A stretch of 64,000 nucleotides of DNA from Amoebidium appalachense (GCA_963693365.1 CAVNZM010000009.1:1180231-1244230), one strand, 5' to 3'; counted from the stretch's first letter, positions 1-19,311 are shown. The notes: generated by a model not told the origin, from the sequence alone. Program-made: numbers and translations.

Positions 1-328
1 ACTACTACTATTATCATCATCATCATCGTTTATCATCATTTAGTATTAATTGGTTATCTCCAAAGCATCGGCACCCTGTTTCGTATTTGCACGCATGTTC
101 TAAAACATGAACGACAGAAACGAACTCGTGTGTGGACACCACAACCATTGTGTGTCCCTAACAGTAAGAGACGACAAACACACTACAAAGACCTATTAAG
201 AAAGACAAAAACACGTCCATTTATGCTATTTCAACCATGCAGAAAAGTGGCATGTTATTGAAAAACTTTGCAAGATCATTGACAGAGAACACACTATCCA
301 AACACTCAAACCTGAAGGAAAAAATAAC

Positions 329-363
<35 letters not shown>

Positions 364-379
364 GGCGGTGGTGGTGGGG

Positions 380-410
<31 letters not shown>

Positions 411-853
411 GGGGGGGGGGGGAGGCAAACCTGTGGTGTCGAGGAGATGGGCTGTGGACGAATGCCAATGGGTGTTTTGAGTCTCTTCTTGGTTGCCTCC
501 TCGGCAAGCTGTATATAACGGGAAAAGGGTAAATTAATAATATCTTAACCTATGGTCCTGGAAAATATGTACCCCCCCCCCCCCCCCTCCCCCCCCTCTC
601 CCCTCCCCTCCCCCCCCCCCCCCCCCCCCCTCCCTTCCCCCATTTAGCCAAACAGCAAAGGCATGTTGTTGTTAACCTCATTCCCCACCACCCTTTCTTC
701 CTCTCCTGTCTGCAACTTACACATTCCCGTCTATTCGTCAGATGCCCTCCCCCCCCCCCCCCCCCCCTCCCCCCCTCCTCTCCTCCCCTCCCCCCCCCCC
801 CCCGGGGGGGTGGGGGGAGGGAGGGGGGTTTGAGCTGGCATATTTCCTCACAA

Positions 854-5315
<4,462 letters not shown>

Positions 5316-5992
5316 GTTTGATCTGTACAGGCTGTCATGCACAAAATGACAAACTGTAGCAGTATTTCGGGGAAAAAAACCAGTTCTCAGTGCACGATCA
5401 AAAATCGAAATAATTTTTGCTTCAGCTTTCCTTCCAGTCTATCCGCAAATACCTAACGCCCAACTCAAAACATCTCAAATTTGTCTCACTCCACCATAGC
5501 TACTCTCCTGTACCTGTAGGTCTATGTACTGTCAGTTGATCAAAGTGAAACTCAGTCTGGGGCTGCGCATCAAGAGCGCTTTCGCTACACAACTTGCCTC
5601 TTACGGTAAGGAGGCCTAAGCCGTGGGAAGGAAAAGCCTTTCAGCCGCGACTGGAGTCAAGGCTTTTTTGGGCAAAAAACGTATTTGACGGAGAGCATAA
5701 GCTTCACCTATTTATATCTATTATTGGTATTCTTTTTTTTTTCTTTTTTTTTTTTCCCCCGAAGTTTCAAAGTTGCCCCCTCCCCCCCCCCCCCCTCCCC
5801 CCCCCCCCCCCCTCCCCCCCCCCCTCCCTCCCCCCCCCCCCCCCCCCCCCCCCCATCCTATATCCCCCCCACCCCCCCTCCCACCCCCCCCCTCCCGGGC
5901 CCACCCCCCGGCCCCACCTATCCACCCACCCACACACACACGTACATGTACACACACACACACCGTGACAATACATGTACAAGCCTGTCAAC

Positions 5993-6025
<33 letters not shown>

Positions 6026-6460
6026 ACCTGGCACCCCCACCCCCCCCCTCCCACCCCCCGGCCCCAACCATCCACACACACACACACACGTACACACACA
6101 TAGTACCGTGACAATCATTAAGCCTGTTTTTTAGTTGGTGGTGGTGCCACTGGTGGCGGTGGTGGTGCCGGCCTTTAAATTTCCTTGGAGGAAAAGGGGG
6201 GGGGGGGGGGGGGGGGGGGTTTTCGAATTCGTGCGTACCAGCATTTTCGAACAGTAATATGTCTGGGGTTTACGCTGTTTACTCGAGGCAAAGAGAACCA
6301 GTCTCAGGTATGGGGGGGGGGGGGTTTGCTCGGAATATCCCCTCAGCGGTATATCATGATCACGTACATAGATGTCGGGTGGTGACTATATATCAGGGTT
6401 TACTTTCTCTACGAGACACCATAAAGACTACAAGGAGAAATCAATTAGTTGGGGTTCCCC

Positions 6461-6504
<44 letters not shown>

Positions 6505-6536
6505 GGGCTCCCCTCGGGACACTCGGTATCAGCTGG

Positions 6537-6603
<67 letters not shown>

Positions 6604-6607
6604 TGCG

Positions 6608-9436
6608 CTATAATTTTGTAGTGATGTGTTTCTCAAGCCAATCAATACATCTAATAAACAGGTCGTAGTTACGCGTGTTTAGTATAAAATCAAGGATGTT
6701 GTAATTTACAGGTAGGCTATCTTTCTGGGTGTCTGTTGTGAATGTGACGTGTGTGTGTTGCGGTATTATGTGGTCTATCAAACTACATTTGGCGATACAT
6801 GACCGGTTAAACTGGTGTGTGTGTGTGTTGTTTGGGCATGCAAATGATGCCACCTTATACTTATTAGATCTCCACTGTATAGCACGTGTACAGTAAAAGC
6901 GTGGTAATTGATCAATAATACCATCAGCTAGAGAAAGACCAGTTCTACAGGAAGGTAATATGTATTTAGGTGTTATACACTTGCGAGTGCCATATTTGGC
7001 AATATGGTTGAGGCGGTCAGTATATATAAAACGAGACATAAGGCTTAGTTTTTCAAGGTGTATGCTTTCATCGGGTCTAGTGTCGTGTGGTATCTTTTTC
7101 CATTTGTTATATTGCGTGATTATCTTGTGATTGTGTACATGTTTAATAAGTAAGTGGCAGTCCAAAGTCACACACACACTATTGCGGGGTTTATTTGTAT
7201 TTGTGCCCAGGGGAGAAGGGGAGAGAGAGGGGAGGAAAGAGGGGAGAGGTGAGGAGGGGACAGGTCGGATAGAGAAGAGAGGGTGGGAGGGCAAATACTT
7301 CTTTAAGCGGCTTATGTGCTTATTGAATTTCAGCGCGAGATAGGATACTCTAGCAGCTATTGGGACCAGACCATATATCGAGAGCGTTACAGGCCCAGGT
7401 TTACAACAGTTGTTAGATAGAAAGGAGGCAACTTCTGCTTCAAGGAAATTTGCCAAGGGTTTAAGCGCTCTAGTTCTCTCTTTCTTGATCCAAGCGGCGA
7501 GAAGGGGTAAACCATATTCACATGCCGGGAAGACAAAAGTGCGAATAAATGTAAGTCTAATAGAAGGATGGAGGGGTGTGTCTTTAAAAATATTAGCCGA
7601 GAAGAAAGCTAACCGCTTACGAGCCAACTCTACCCTCTTTTCGACCATATGGGGAAACATAACACCAACAGAATCAACCGGAACACCAAGATATTTGTAT
7701 TCTGGAACTATAGGTACAGGTTTAGATGATAATGTAAATGTGTGTAAATTGTTAGCTATATCAGGTACAAGAACACCACATTTGTCTATGTTAAGGATCA
7801 TAAGGTTTGCCTTGCACCACTCTGACACTACATCGAACAATCTTTGCAGGCGTCTAGGGGTACGGGCAAGGAGGGACAGATCATCAGCATAGAGAAGTGC
7901 AGGCGGAAAGTTATTAATAGGGTCATCGTTTTCGGCGTAAATCTTGACAGCCAAATCATCTATAAATAGGTTAAACAAAAAGGGGCTAAGCAATGAACCC
8001 TGCAAGAGACCTCTAGTACGAGCAAAACCATATGAAAGATGCCCATTAACCACAGCTCTACCATAGGTTTGAGACAAGAGTGCTTCTAACAGAACACCAA
8101 TGCAGTGTGGTACACCCCGTGCAGCAAGCTTTTCCCATAGGAGACCAGGGGAGACAGAATCGTAAGCAGTTTTCCAATCAATAAAGCCAACATATTGTGC
8201 ACCAACTTGCATAGAATCGTGCAGTGCCATTATTTGAACATAACATGAATTGTTTTTACGAAAAGCGGATTGGCATGGGTGTATGTGAAGAATAGATTGA
8301 AACCTAGGGTGATGTGCAAATAACCTAAGTAAGCAAGCTTCAAAGAATCTACGAACAACCTGGGTTAGTGTAATGGGGCGAAAGGATGATATGGGGCCCT
8401 CAGAGTCCTTCTTAACTATGGGGATCACTAAGGTATCTAACCAAGATGACGGGACATGTCCACATTTAACACACCAAGAAAAGAGAGAGCTTAACATGAT
8501 AGCAAGATCAGGTTTAATAGCACGATCACTTTCCTTTTGTGGGTAGGAGGGAACAAGGATTTTAAGAAACCCAGCAGGGAGTCCATCAGGTCCACAAGAC
8601 TTACTAGAGCTATAACTAGATATCACAGACCATATGGCATCGGGACTGAAAAAGGGGAGGATCGATTCTATGGGGATAGATGGGTCTACAGGCCACACAA
8701 TAGGTTTCTGAGCGGGGGTCCTATCTTTAAACAGTTCCGAGAAATACTTATCAGAGTCTATGAGGGGGTCTCCAGTGGTATCACCAATAATACGAGCAGG
8801 GGGGCCAAATCGATTCATACTAGCAAGCCGGCGCAAGCTTTCCTTTTGAGACAGGGGTTCACCTAGTCTAGCGGGAGTGGTGTTTGGTAACAAGAGAGCA
8901 TCGGGATATTCCTTCCTACCACCGCCAGCATAATCACCGAGATCTATCAAATCATCAACAATAAAGTTAGTGCATGTATCTAGTACGAGATGTGAATCTG
9001 GCCTGGCTTGTGCAGATTCTAATAGGCGCATATATATAGGGTGTTTCGTAGCATAGCATACACATACATCAACTCTACCCCACTGTGACTTAAGCTGGGA
9101 TAGACGGAGGCGAAAGGTGGGAGGGGGAGGGGGGAGCAGATCAAGGGAGATCTTAGGTAGGAAAAGGATAGGAGAGTGGTCAGATGACCTAGAGAGGTTA
9201 GGAGGGAGAGAGAGTTTTGACATGGTTGATGGCCAAAAGGCCACTCCCCAGTCGGTGTTGTGGGCATGGGATATTTGAGGGAACCGCAAAGTGTGACTTT
9301 GGACATACCTTGCTAAAGGGATAGCACGCTCCGGGGGCTTAGATGGGTACCCGACACTCACTTGCAGTGTGTCTGTGTGGCGGAAAGTTATTAATAGGGT
9401 CATCGTTTTCGGCGTAAATCTTGACAGCCAAATCAT
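6608..9436 (-). CDS. LINE ORF2 C-terminal frame: complete reverse transcriptase plus Cys/His-rich tail
   Basis: LLYADD catalytic motif, LNIDKC, YKYLGV, C-terminal CPNNTHTH...CIAKC. Lacks the N-terminal half of APE. Confidence 0.9.
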   Translation of the reverse strand: MIWLSRFTPKTMTLLITFRHTDTLQVSVGYPSKPPERAIPLARYVQSHTLRFPQISHAHNTDWGVAFWPSTMSKLSLPPNLSRSSDHSPILFLPKISLDLLPPPPPTFRLRLSQLKSQWGRVDVCVCYATKHPIYMRLLESAQARPDSHLVLDTCTNFIVDDLIDLGDYAGGGRKEYPDALLLPNTTPARLGEPLSQKESLRRLASMNRFGPPARIIGDTTGDPLIDSDKYFSELFKDRTPAQKPIVWPVDPSIPIESILPFFSPDAIWSVISSYSSSKSCGPDGLPAGFLKILVPSYPQKESDRAIKPDLAIMLSSLFSWCVKCGHVPSSWLDTLVIPIVKKDSEGPISSFRPITLTQVVRRFFEACLLRLFAHHPRFQSILHIHPCQSAFRKNNSCYVQIMALHDSMQVGAQYVGFIDWKTAYDSVSPGLLWEKLAARGVPHCIGVLLEALLSQTYGRAVVNGHLSYGFARTRGLLQGSLLSPFLFNLFIDDLAVKIYAENDDPINNFPPALLYADDLSLLARTPRRLQRLFDVVSEWCKANLMILNIDKCGVLVPDIANNLHTFTLSSKPVPIVPEYKYLGVPVDSVGVMFPHMVEKRVELARKRLAFFSANIFKDTPLHPSIRLTFIRTFVFPACEYGLPLLAAWIKKERTRALKPLANFLEAEVASFLSNNCCKPGPVTLSIYGLVPIAARVSYLALKFNKHISRLKKYLPSHPLFSIRPVPSSPLPSFLPSLSPSPLGTNTNKPRNSVCVTLDCHLLIKHVHNHKIITQYNKWKKIPHDTRPDESIHLEKLSLMSRFIYTDRLNHIAKYGTRKCITPKYILPSCRTGLSLADGIIDQLPRFYCTRAIQWRSNKYKVASFACPNNTHTHQFNRSCIAKCSLIDHIIPQHTHVTFTTDTQKDSLPVNYNILDFILNTRNYDLFIRCIDWLEKHITTKL

Positions 9437-10855
9437 CTATAAATAGGTTAAACAAAAAGGGGCTAAGCAATGAACCCTGCAAGAGACCTCTAGTACGAGC
9501 AAAACCATATGAAAGATGCCCATTAACCACAGCTCTACCATAGGTTTGAGACAAGAGTGCTTCTAACAGAACACCAATGCAGTGTGGTACACCCCGTGCA
9601 GCAAGCTTTTCCCATAGGAGACCAGGGGAGACAGAATCGTAAGCAGTTTTCCAATCAATAAAGCCAACATATTGTGCACCAACTTGCATAGAATCGTGCA
9701 GTGCCATTATTTGAACATAACATGAATTGTTTTTACGAAAAGCGGATTGGCATGGGTGTATGTGAAGAATAGATTGAAACCTAGGGTGATGTGCAAATAA
9801 CCTAAGTAAGCAAGCTTCAAAGAATCTACGAACAACCTGGGTTAGTGTAATGGGGCGAAAGGATGATATGGGGCCCTCAGAGTCCTTCTTAACTATGGGG
9901 ATCACTAAGGTATCTAACCAAGATGACGGGACATGTCCACATTTAACACACCAAGAAAAGAGAGAGCTTAACATGATAGTAAGATCAGGTTTAATAGCAC
10001 GATCACTTTCCTTTTGTGGGTAGGAGGGAACAAGGATTTTAAGAAACCCAGCAGGGAGTCCATCAGGTCCACAAGACTTACTAGAGCTATAACTAGATAT
10101 CACAGACCATATGGCATCGGGACTGAAAAAGGGGAGGATCGATTCTATGGGGATAGATGGGTCTACAGGCCACACAATAGGTTTCTGAGCGGGGGTCCTA
10201 TCTTTAAACAGTTCCGAGAAATACTTATCAGAGTCTATGAGGGGGTCTCCAGTGGTATCACCAATAATACGAGCAGGGGGGCCAAATCGATTCATACTAG
10301 CAAGCCGGCGCAAGCTTTCCTTTTGAGACAGGGGTTCACCTAGTCTAGCGGGAGTGGTGTTTGGTAACAAGAGAGCATCGGGATATTCCTTCCTACCACC
10401 GCCAGCATAATCACCGAGATCTATCAAATCATCAACAATAAAGTTAGTGCATGTATCTAGTACGAGATGTGAATCTGGCCTGGCTTGTGCAGATTCTAAT
10501 AGGCGCATATATATAGGGTGTTTCGTAGCATAGCATACACATACATCAACTCTACCCCACTGTGACTTAAGCTGGGATAGACGGAGGCGAAAGGTGGGAG
10601 GGGGAGGGGGGAGCAGATCAAGGGAGATCTTAGGTAGGAAAAGGATAGGAGAGTGGTCAGATGACCTAGAGAGGTTAGGAGGGAGAGAGAGTTTTGACAT
10701 GGTTGATGGCCAAAAGGCCACTCCCCAGTCGGTGTTGTGGGCATGGGATATTTGAGGGAACCGCAAAGTGTGACTTTGGACATACCTTGCTAAAGGGATA
10801 GCACGCTCCGGGGGCTTAGATGGGTACCCGACACTCACTTGCAGTGTGTCTGTGT
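7902..10855. repeat. 1477-bp direct tandem duplication within LINE ORF2 (7902-9378 / 9379-10855)
   Basis: Matching ORFs at offset 1477 (8537/10014, 9019/10496); GG microhomology at the junction; one noticed mismatch (8503 C vs 9980 T). Confidence 0.95.
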
Positions 10856-11279
10856 GGTGGAGTCGCGTGTTAAAATCACCTAAAATAACAGTGGACATTG
10901 GTAACTGTGACAACTCGTGAGTCAATTCGACAACCGACATAGATGGTGGGTAATATACAAAAGTAAAAACATTAGAAAGAAACTCTATAGAAACCGAGAA
11001 TTCCGTTTTTGCTACCGGTTTGCACTTCACTCTCACGTGTGGTGCGGCAAGTACAATAATGCCTCGGTTTTTCGCGTAACCGGGGTGTGTGGATGTGTCG
11101 ACCAATGTAGAGTTGAATTTGTGGTGGTTTTTAAACTGTGTTTCGCAAATCACTGTAAACGTGTGGTTGTTTGTCTGTTGTTGTATGTAGCTGATTTTAT
11201 CGTCGAGTGTCCCGGGGGGGAGGCCCTTTTGGGGGCCCAGTGTCCGAGCATTCCAGAAGAAGAAGGATAAATTAGGCAT
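9339..11279 (-). CDS. LINE ORF2 N-terminal part: APE endonuclease plus RT truncated before YADD by the duplication frameshift
   Basis: APE motifs WNAR, ICET, VYYPP, ILGDFN, SDH; RT motifs GPDG, FRPITL, QSAFR, DWKTAYD, GLLQGSLLSPFLFNLF; frame ends after the junction at 9379. Confidence 0.9.
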   Translation of the reverse strand: MPNLSFFFWNARTLGPQKGLPPGTLDDKISYIQQQTNNHTFTVICETQFKNHHKFNSTLVDTSTHPGYAKNRGIIVLAAPHVRVKCKPVAKTEFSVSIEFLSNVFTFVYYPPSMSVVELTHELSQLPMSTVILGDFNTRLHHTDTLQVSVGYPSKPPERAIPLARYVQSHTLRFPQISHAHNTDWGVAFWPSTMSKLSLPPNLSRSSDHSPILFLPKISLDLLPPPPPTFRLRLSQLKSQWGRVDVCVCYATKHPIYMRLLESAQARPDSHLVLDTCTNFIVDDLIDLGDYAGGGRKEYPDALLLPNTTPARLGEPLSQKESLRRLASMNRFGPPARIIGDTTGDPLIDSDKYFSELFKDRTPAQKPIVWPVDPSIPIESILPFFSPDAIWSVISSYSSSKSCGPDGLPAGFLKILVPSYPQKESDRAIKPDLTIMLSSLFSWCVKCGHVPSSWLDTLVIPIVKKDSEGPISSFRPITLTQVVRRFFEACLLRLFAHHPRFQSILHIHPCQSAFRKNNSCYVQIMALHDSMQVGAQYVGFIDWKTAYDSVSPGLLWEKLAARGVPHCIGVLLEALLSQTYGRAVVNGHLSYGFARTRGLLQGSLLSPFLFNLFIDDLAVKIYAENDDPINNFPPHRHTASECRVPI

Positions 11280-12456
11280 CGGTTTGGTCCGACACCTGTG
11301 GGGTTGGTTCCCACTTGTCGCTTACGGGGTCGTATGCACGACCTTCCGCCAGCGCGAACAGTTCGCAGAAGAGCTCGATTTCCATCTCGCATCGGCGTTT
11401 GCGCTCGAGCAGTTTCTCACCAGAAAACATTGGTTCCTTCGTGTCCGTGTCTATCACGCTCGTAGCATCGTTTTCCAACTTTGCGAGGAACTCTTTTGCC
11501 TTGCTGATGCGTACACGACAACGTGTGGCGCACGCATTCTTAGCAGACACTTTACGTTCTTTGTCTGCTTTCTGAATGTTTTCCGGCGCGCATGGGTCGT
11601 AGCTTGGGAGGTGGGTGAAGAAGCTTCCACACCCCTTTGTCGCGTCACGGATGAACGCACGGTTATAGTCGCCCCGTACTGCTACTTCCAGCACATCGTA
11701 TCCAATGAAGGACAGACAAAGGATGCGAGAGCACCGGAAGCCGAGAGCCTTGAAGATGGACCACATGGCCCTGTGTGGGCGTCTGCCGTGCTTGACTTTG
11801 AAATACACCCTCTCGTATTTGGGTGGGATGTTGATGTTACCGTTTGCTTGGGTGTTCCCCTTAGCCGGCGGTTTGGGAGGGGAGTTGCGGCGGTACTCGT
11901 TGCCTGCAAGAATGCTGGCATATGTTTCCTTGGCAATTTGGCGGAGCTCGGGTGTTTTACGAGAGTTCGCATATTCTAGGAACTCTGCCGGGAGCTGTGC
12001 TTCCGGTCCTGTGTTGTTTTGTGTTGGGGTGGAAATGTCTCCGTCGCGAGATGTTTGCTCATGAGTTTTGGGGTTTTGCGATCCACTAATGTTTAGCTGG
12101 GCTGTGAGTGAATCAATGGTGAGCTTGAGTTGGGTATTTTCTGTTTGGAGTTTTTCTATCATGTTCTTGAGTGGTAACAGCTCATTTAGCTGTTTCTTAA
12201 CGAGGGCAAGTTCTGCCAGTACTGTATCAACCGAAAGTTTCGGCATGGTTGTTATTGTGTTTCTACGGAGTGGTGTGGTGTTATTCTGAATGGGTAGTGT
12301 ATTGTAAATAGGTGTTGCGCTTAGTCTAAGGCGATGTTTTTCTGGTTGTGCATCTGTGGTAGGTGTATCTGCTGGACGTTTTAATGGTCGCACATGTGTG
12401 ATGGGTGTAGATGGAACTTTGAAAGAGGTTCTGAAACGATTATAGGCATGTGCCAT
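11272..12456 (-). CDS. LINE ORF1 protein (394 aa; coiled coil plus putative RNA-binding domain)
   Basis: Intact ORF directly upstream of ORF2 with 8-nt overlap (gATGCCTAA). Heptad-like segment LAELALVKKQLNELLPLKNMIEKLQTENTQLKLTIDSL. Confidence 0.85.
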   Translation of the reverse strand: MAHAYNRFRTSFKVPSTPITHVRPLKRPADTPTTDAQPEKHRLRLSATPIYNTLPIQNNTTPLRRNTITTMPKLSVDTVLAELALVKKQLNELLPLKNMIEKLQTENTQLKLTIDSLTAQLNISGSQNPKTHEQTSRDGDISTPTQNNTGPEAQLPAEFLEYANSRKTPELRQIAKETYASILAGNEYRRNSPPKPPAKGNTQANGNINIPPKYERVYFKVKHGRRPHRAMWSIFKALGFRCSRILCLSFIGYDVLEVAVRGDYNRAFIRDATKGCGSFFTHLPSYDPCAPENIQKADKERKVSAKNACATRCRVRISKAKEFLAKLENDATSVIDTDTKEPMFSGEKLLERKRRCEMEIELFCELFALAEGRAYDPVSDKWEPTPQVSDQTDA

Positions 12457-12571
12457 GACATGGATGGGGGTGTTCCCCGGCCCTTAGGGCCACGGATGGC
12501 CTGGTTTAGGGGTGGATGCGCGAAGGATACTATTTATTAGCAGATAATAAAAAGCGACATTTGAATCGATG

Positions 12572-12617
12572 TGTGCGACTGAAAAGATGTGCGACTGAAA
12601 AGATGTGCGACTGAAAA
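12572..12617. repeat. 16-bp tandem repeat (atgtgcgactgaaaag x~3) in the LINE 5' UTR
   Basis: Directly visible. Confidence 0.85.
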
Positions 12618-13428
12618 GTAATATGTCTACTTTTTTTTTGTGGTTTTGGTGGACCCGCGTGGCTGGTATTTATTATGATGGTGGTTGTGTCTAGCCTATG
12701 ATCTAGGTGTGTGACACTGTGCACGTGACCGTGTACACATGTGCACGTGGATATCGATTTGTGTGTGTGGTAGTGGGTAGGTGGGTTTTGGGGGGGGGGG
12801 AGGCGGGGTTGTTGTTGTTGTGCAACAGTGTGGGTGTGCTGTGGGAGTGTGTTTGGCTGCGTGGCCACAACCGGCGGCCGCCGATTTCACCAATTACAAT
12901 GATTGGTTTTTCCTATAGTTGGAAATGGTTTTTTTTTAATAATTAAAAAAAATCCTATTTTTTACAGTTTTATATATTCAATTTGCTCTACTTGCAAACA
13001 CCCCTGAGAAATGTGTCAGCTTATAACTAATCTTTTGAGGTCTATGATAATGAACACCGGGAGCAAATTTGTAAGCAGAGGGTCATAGGCATACACACAG
13101 TACCGCCTCTTCAATTATTCCTGCAATCGGTGACTATTCGTCACAGAATCACCTTACCCACCAAAATGGGGGAAAGGGATGTGTCAATACATTATGGGCA
13201 TTACATGTACACGTTTCAGTGCCTAGCACTGATGATCTGTGATCATAGTAGGGACTTAGCCCTTCTGACAGTTTGGCTCGCTCTCGACAAAATAAATGTT
13301 CATACACATGCCATATGACGATGTATGTGTGTGCGGCCATTACATCAATCGGTTTAAACTAATAGTTTAACGAAGAGGTCACAAATAAAAAGGAGGACCC
13401 TGAGGCTAAATCTGAAAGACCAAAAAAA

Positions 13429-13459
<31 letters not shown>

Positions 13460-13656
13460 TCACCCCGCGCCCTCCCTTCCCCTTCGATCAAAATATGCTT
13501 GCTACTATAATAAGAAAACACACTAAGGCAAAAATAATGATGCAATATTATTAGATGCGCTTTACGGTAACTTTTACCCCCGGTAACTTTTTCTTGTAAC
13601 GATAACAATAACTAATATTAGGGTAAATGTAATATAATAATAACATTCATAGACCC

Positions 13657-13687
<31 letters not shown>

Positions 13688-14052
13688 GGTTAGAAAAAGA
13701 TCCAAATGTAGCTATAGGTGGGTGAATGTCACACACACTTCTCTCCACAATTCTGCCGCACAATCGAATAAACAAAAGACCAGGAATGTAATTTTAGTAA
13801 CCACACATGCAGGATTGCACACACACCCATGCACATAACTGCTCACACAGGTGGAACACGAGCGTATCTCCCATCATTACACGTGGCTAAGCATCTGACG
13901 TTGCAAATACAGATGCACATAGACAACACTCCCATTCATTAGCGTCCCCCCCCCCCCCCCCCCTCCCCCCTTTTTACCCCCTCCCTCCCCCCCCATTAGC
14001 CTCTCTCCCTCCGCCCCCCCCCCCCCCCCCTCCCCCCTGCCCCTCAAAAAAA

Positions 14053-14132
<80 letters not shown>

Positions 14133-14349
14133 AAAAAGAAAAACCCTCCATACTCTCCCCAAATACACAAATATACCGCACACATAAATTTAGAGAATGT
14201 GCACATTTGCTGTACAAAACGAGGATTGATTATAATGAAAGTATATGCTGCATTTGCCCCATATTCTGGTTAAGAAACATTAAGGAAACATGAAATAATC
14301 AGAGAGTAAATATCGTTCTTGAAAATTCAAGAAAAACACCCCCTCGTAC

Positions 14350-17600
<3,251 letters not shown>

Positions 17601-18804
17601 TTGGAATGGGAATCACGGAAGTATGATTTGGAAATCTTTTAGCGAGGGTGACAGGTAGGAGGTTACCACGCAACGAGCGCGGGCCTTACACGCCGCCTTC
17701 GTTACGGGTTTTGGCTCTGAGTTGTTCTTGGGTGGCATCGACGGTCAGATTGCAGAGTCTTGCTGATGGGTCAGCGTGCGAAGGTGAAACATGTGTGTTA
17801 CTCTACTCTATGAAAAGCAATCAAAATGCGAAATTACTAAATGATTCTGGTGGTACTGGTTTCCACCTGGAACCAAACTATTCACCATGGAACACATGAA
17901 AGTAATGAAGGCTGAGAAAAGCAAACAGGATCTCTCAGATTGTGTCCTTCAATAGACCTTCAACACTATTTCCTTACAGTCATCAATGACATGATCAACG
18001 AGGTTTGAGGAACGTTATGTGCATGTGTTTTTTTCTCAAGCTTTACACTCGAGCCCCAGCTTCAAGTTGTAACAGGATCATCTTGCTCCCATGTCTCCTG
18101 ATGTTGAGCTCTTTAGCTAATGAGCTATGTAGTAGAGGGAGTGAGAAAGTAACCTACTGAATACTGTAACACACCGTTCAGATGCACGTGTGGCAAGGAC
18201 AGCAAGGTTCCCTATTGGTTATGAGTCTGTACCCGTGTGCTTGTACATGTTGATTCAAGCGTGTTTGCAGTTCTGCAAAAAGATGGCTGGCTATATTAGA
18301 ACAATGTTTTTGCCTATCAATCAACAAGCTAATAATGAAGAGTCATCTGAATGGCCCGACGAACTTAGGCAGGTACGTACTACAATAGCTGAATTCACTG
18401 CCTGTGGATAAACAAAACAATGTGGGAACATACCATTGGGGTCTAGGGCCCCAAGAAATTTAGATGGACTTTTCTGGTGTTAGACGTTTTAAGGTAAAGT
18501 GTGCAGTAATACAAAGTATGCAGCTTCTGCTAAACAAATACGTTTTTGAAAATTGCTATTATGCTGTGTATGCGATGGGTGTAAGAGATATTCAATGAAC
18601 TGTCCGGTTATGCGGATTATCATGAAGGCGAAACTCGTGTCGTGCAGAAGAAAAGTCCGCGCAGCAGACCTGTTTATTCGGCACACGCTTGAAACTTCAT
18701 ACTGGTCACCCCCTCCCTACTACACATACGTACTAGTAGACACCCCCAACTAACCTCAGTACATGTGCTACATACGCACACACTACATCAGGCTGGGTGG
18801 GTGT

Positions 18805-19159
18805 TCAGTGGGTTGCAGGGGGCTTGGCAGGGGCCGCCGCCTTCTTGCCGCTAGTGGCAAACTTGTAGACGACAAACAGGGTGGCCACGGTGGCAATCAC
18901 AATCTGTAGCACACACAAACGTCAGGAACAAGGGAGCAGTGTGTGGTGTGTGGTGTGTGTGTGGTGGGGATTGGTAGTATGCGTCAGAGTACAACACAGG
19001 GCAGAAGGTGCGGGGCAAAAACATGGAGCATGCATCATAAGCAAACCTCACCCTCCTGGAGGAGGGGGAGGGGAAGGGGGGGGGGGGTTTGAATGTGTCA
19101 TAAACATAAAATGCGAAGTATAGGGGGAAGCTGGTGCGTGTAATGCGGACATACAAAAA

Positions 19160-19193
<34 letters not shown>

Positions 19194-19206
19194 GGGGGGG
19201 GGGAGA

Positions 19207-19245
<39 letters not shown>

Positions 19246-19311
19246 GAGGGAGAGAAGACAGTACATGAAGTAGACGAGCATGCACCCTCCGCCGGGGGCC
19301 CCCCGGGGAAA

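Larger units (their letters stand above)
6462..12880 (-). mobile_element. Apparently full-length non-LTR retrotransposon (LINE, ORF1 + APE-RT ORF2) with internal duplication
   Basis: ORF1 12456-11272; ORF2 with APE and RT motifs; ~107-nt 3' UTR containing (CA)n; poly(A) tail (T-run 6462-6500 on +). The 5' boundary is approximate and no TSD was found. Confidence 0.92.

Noticed and set aside
11284-11979. 231-aa antisense ORF over LINE ORF1
   Set aside because: Shadow frame with no recognisable motifs.
12466-12480. Possible LINE TSD (gggggtgttccccg vs ggggttccccg at 6451-6461)
   Set aside because: Imperfect match only 10 nt from the ORF1 ATG, which would leave no 5' UTR; more likely part of the leader hairpins.
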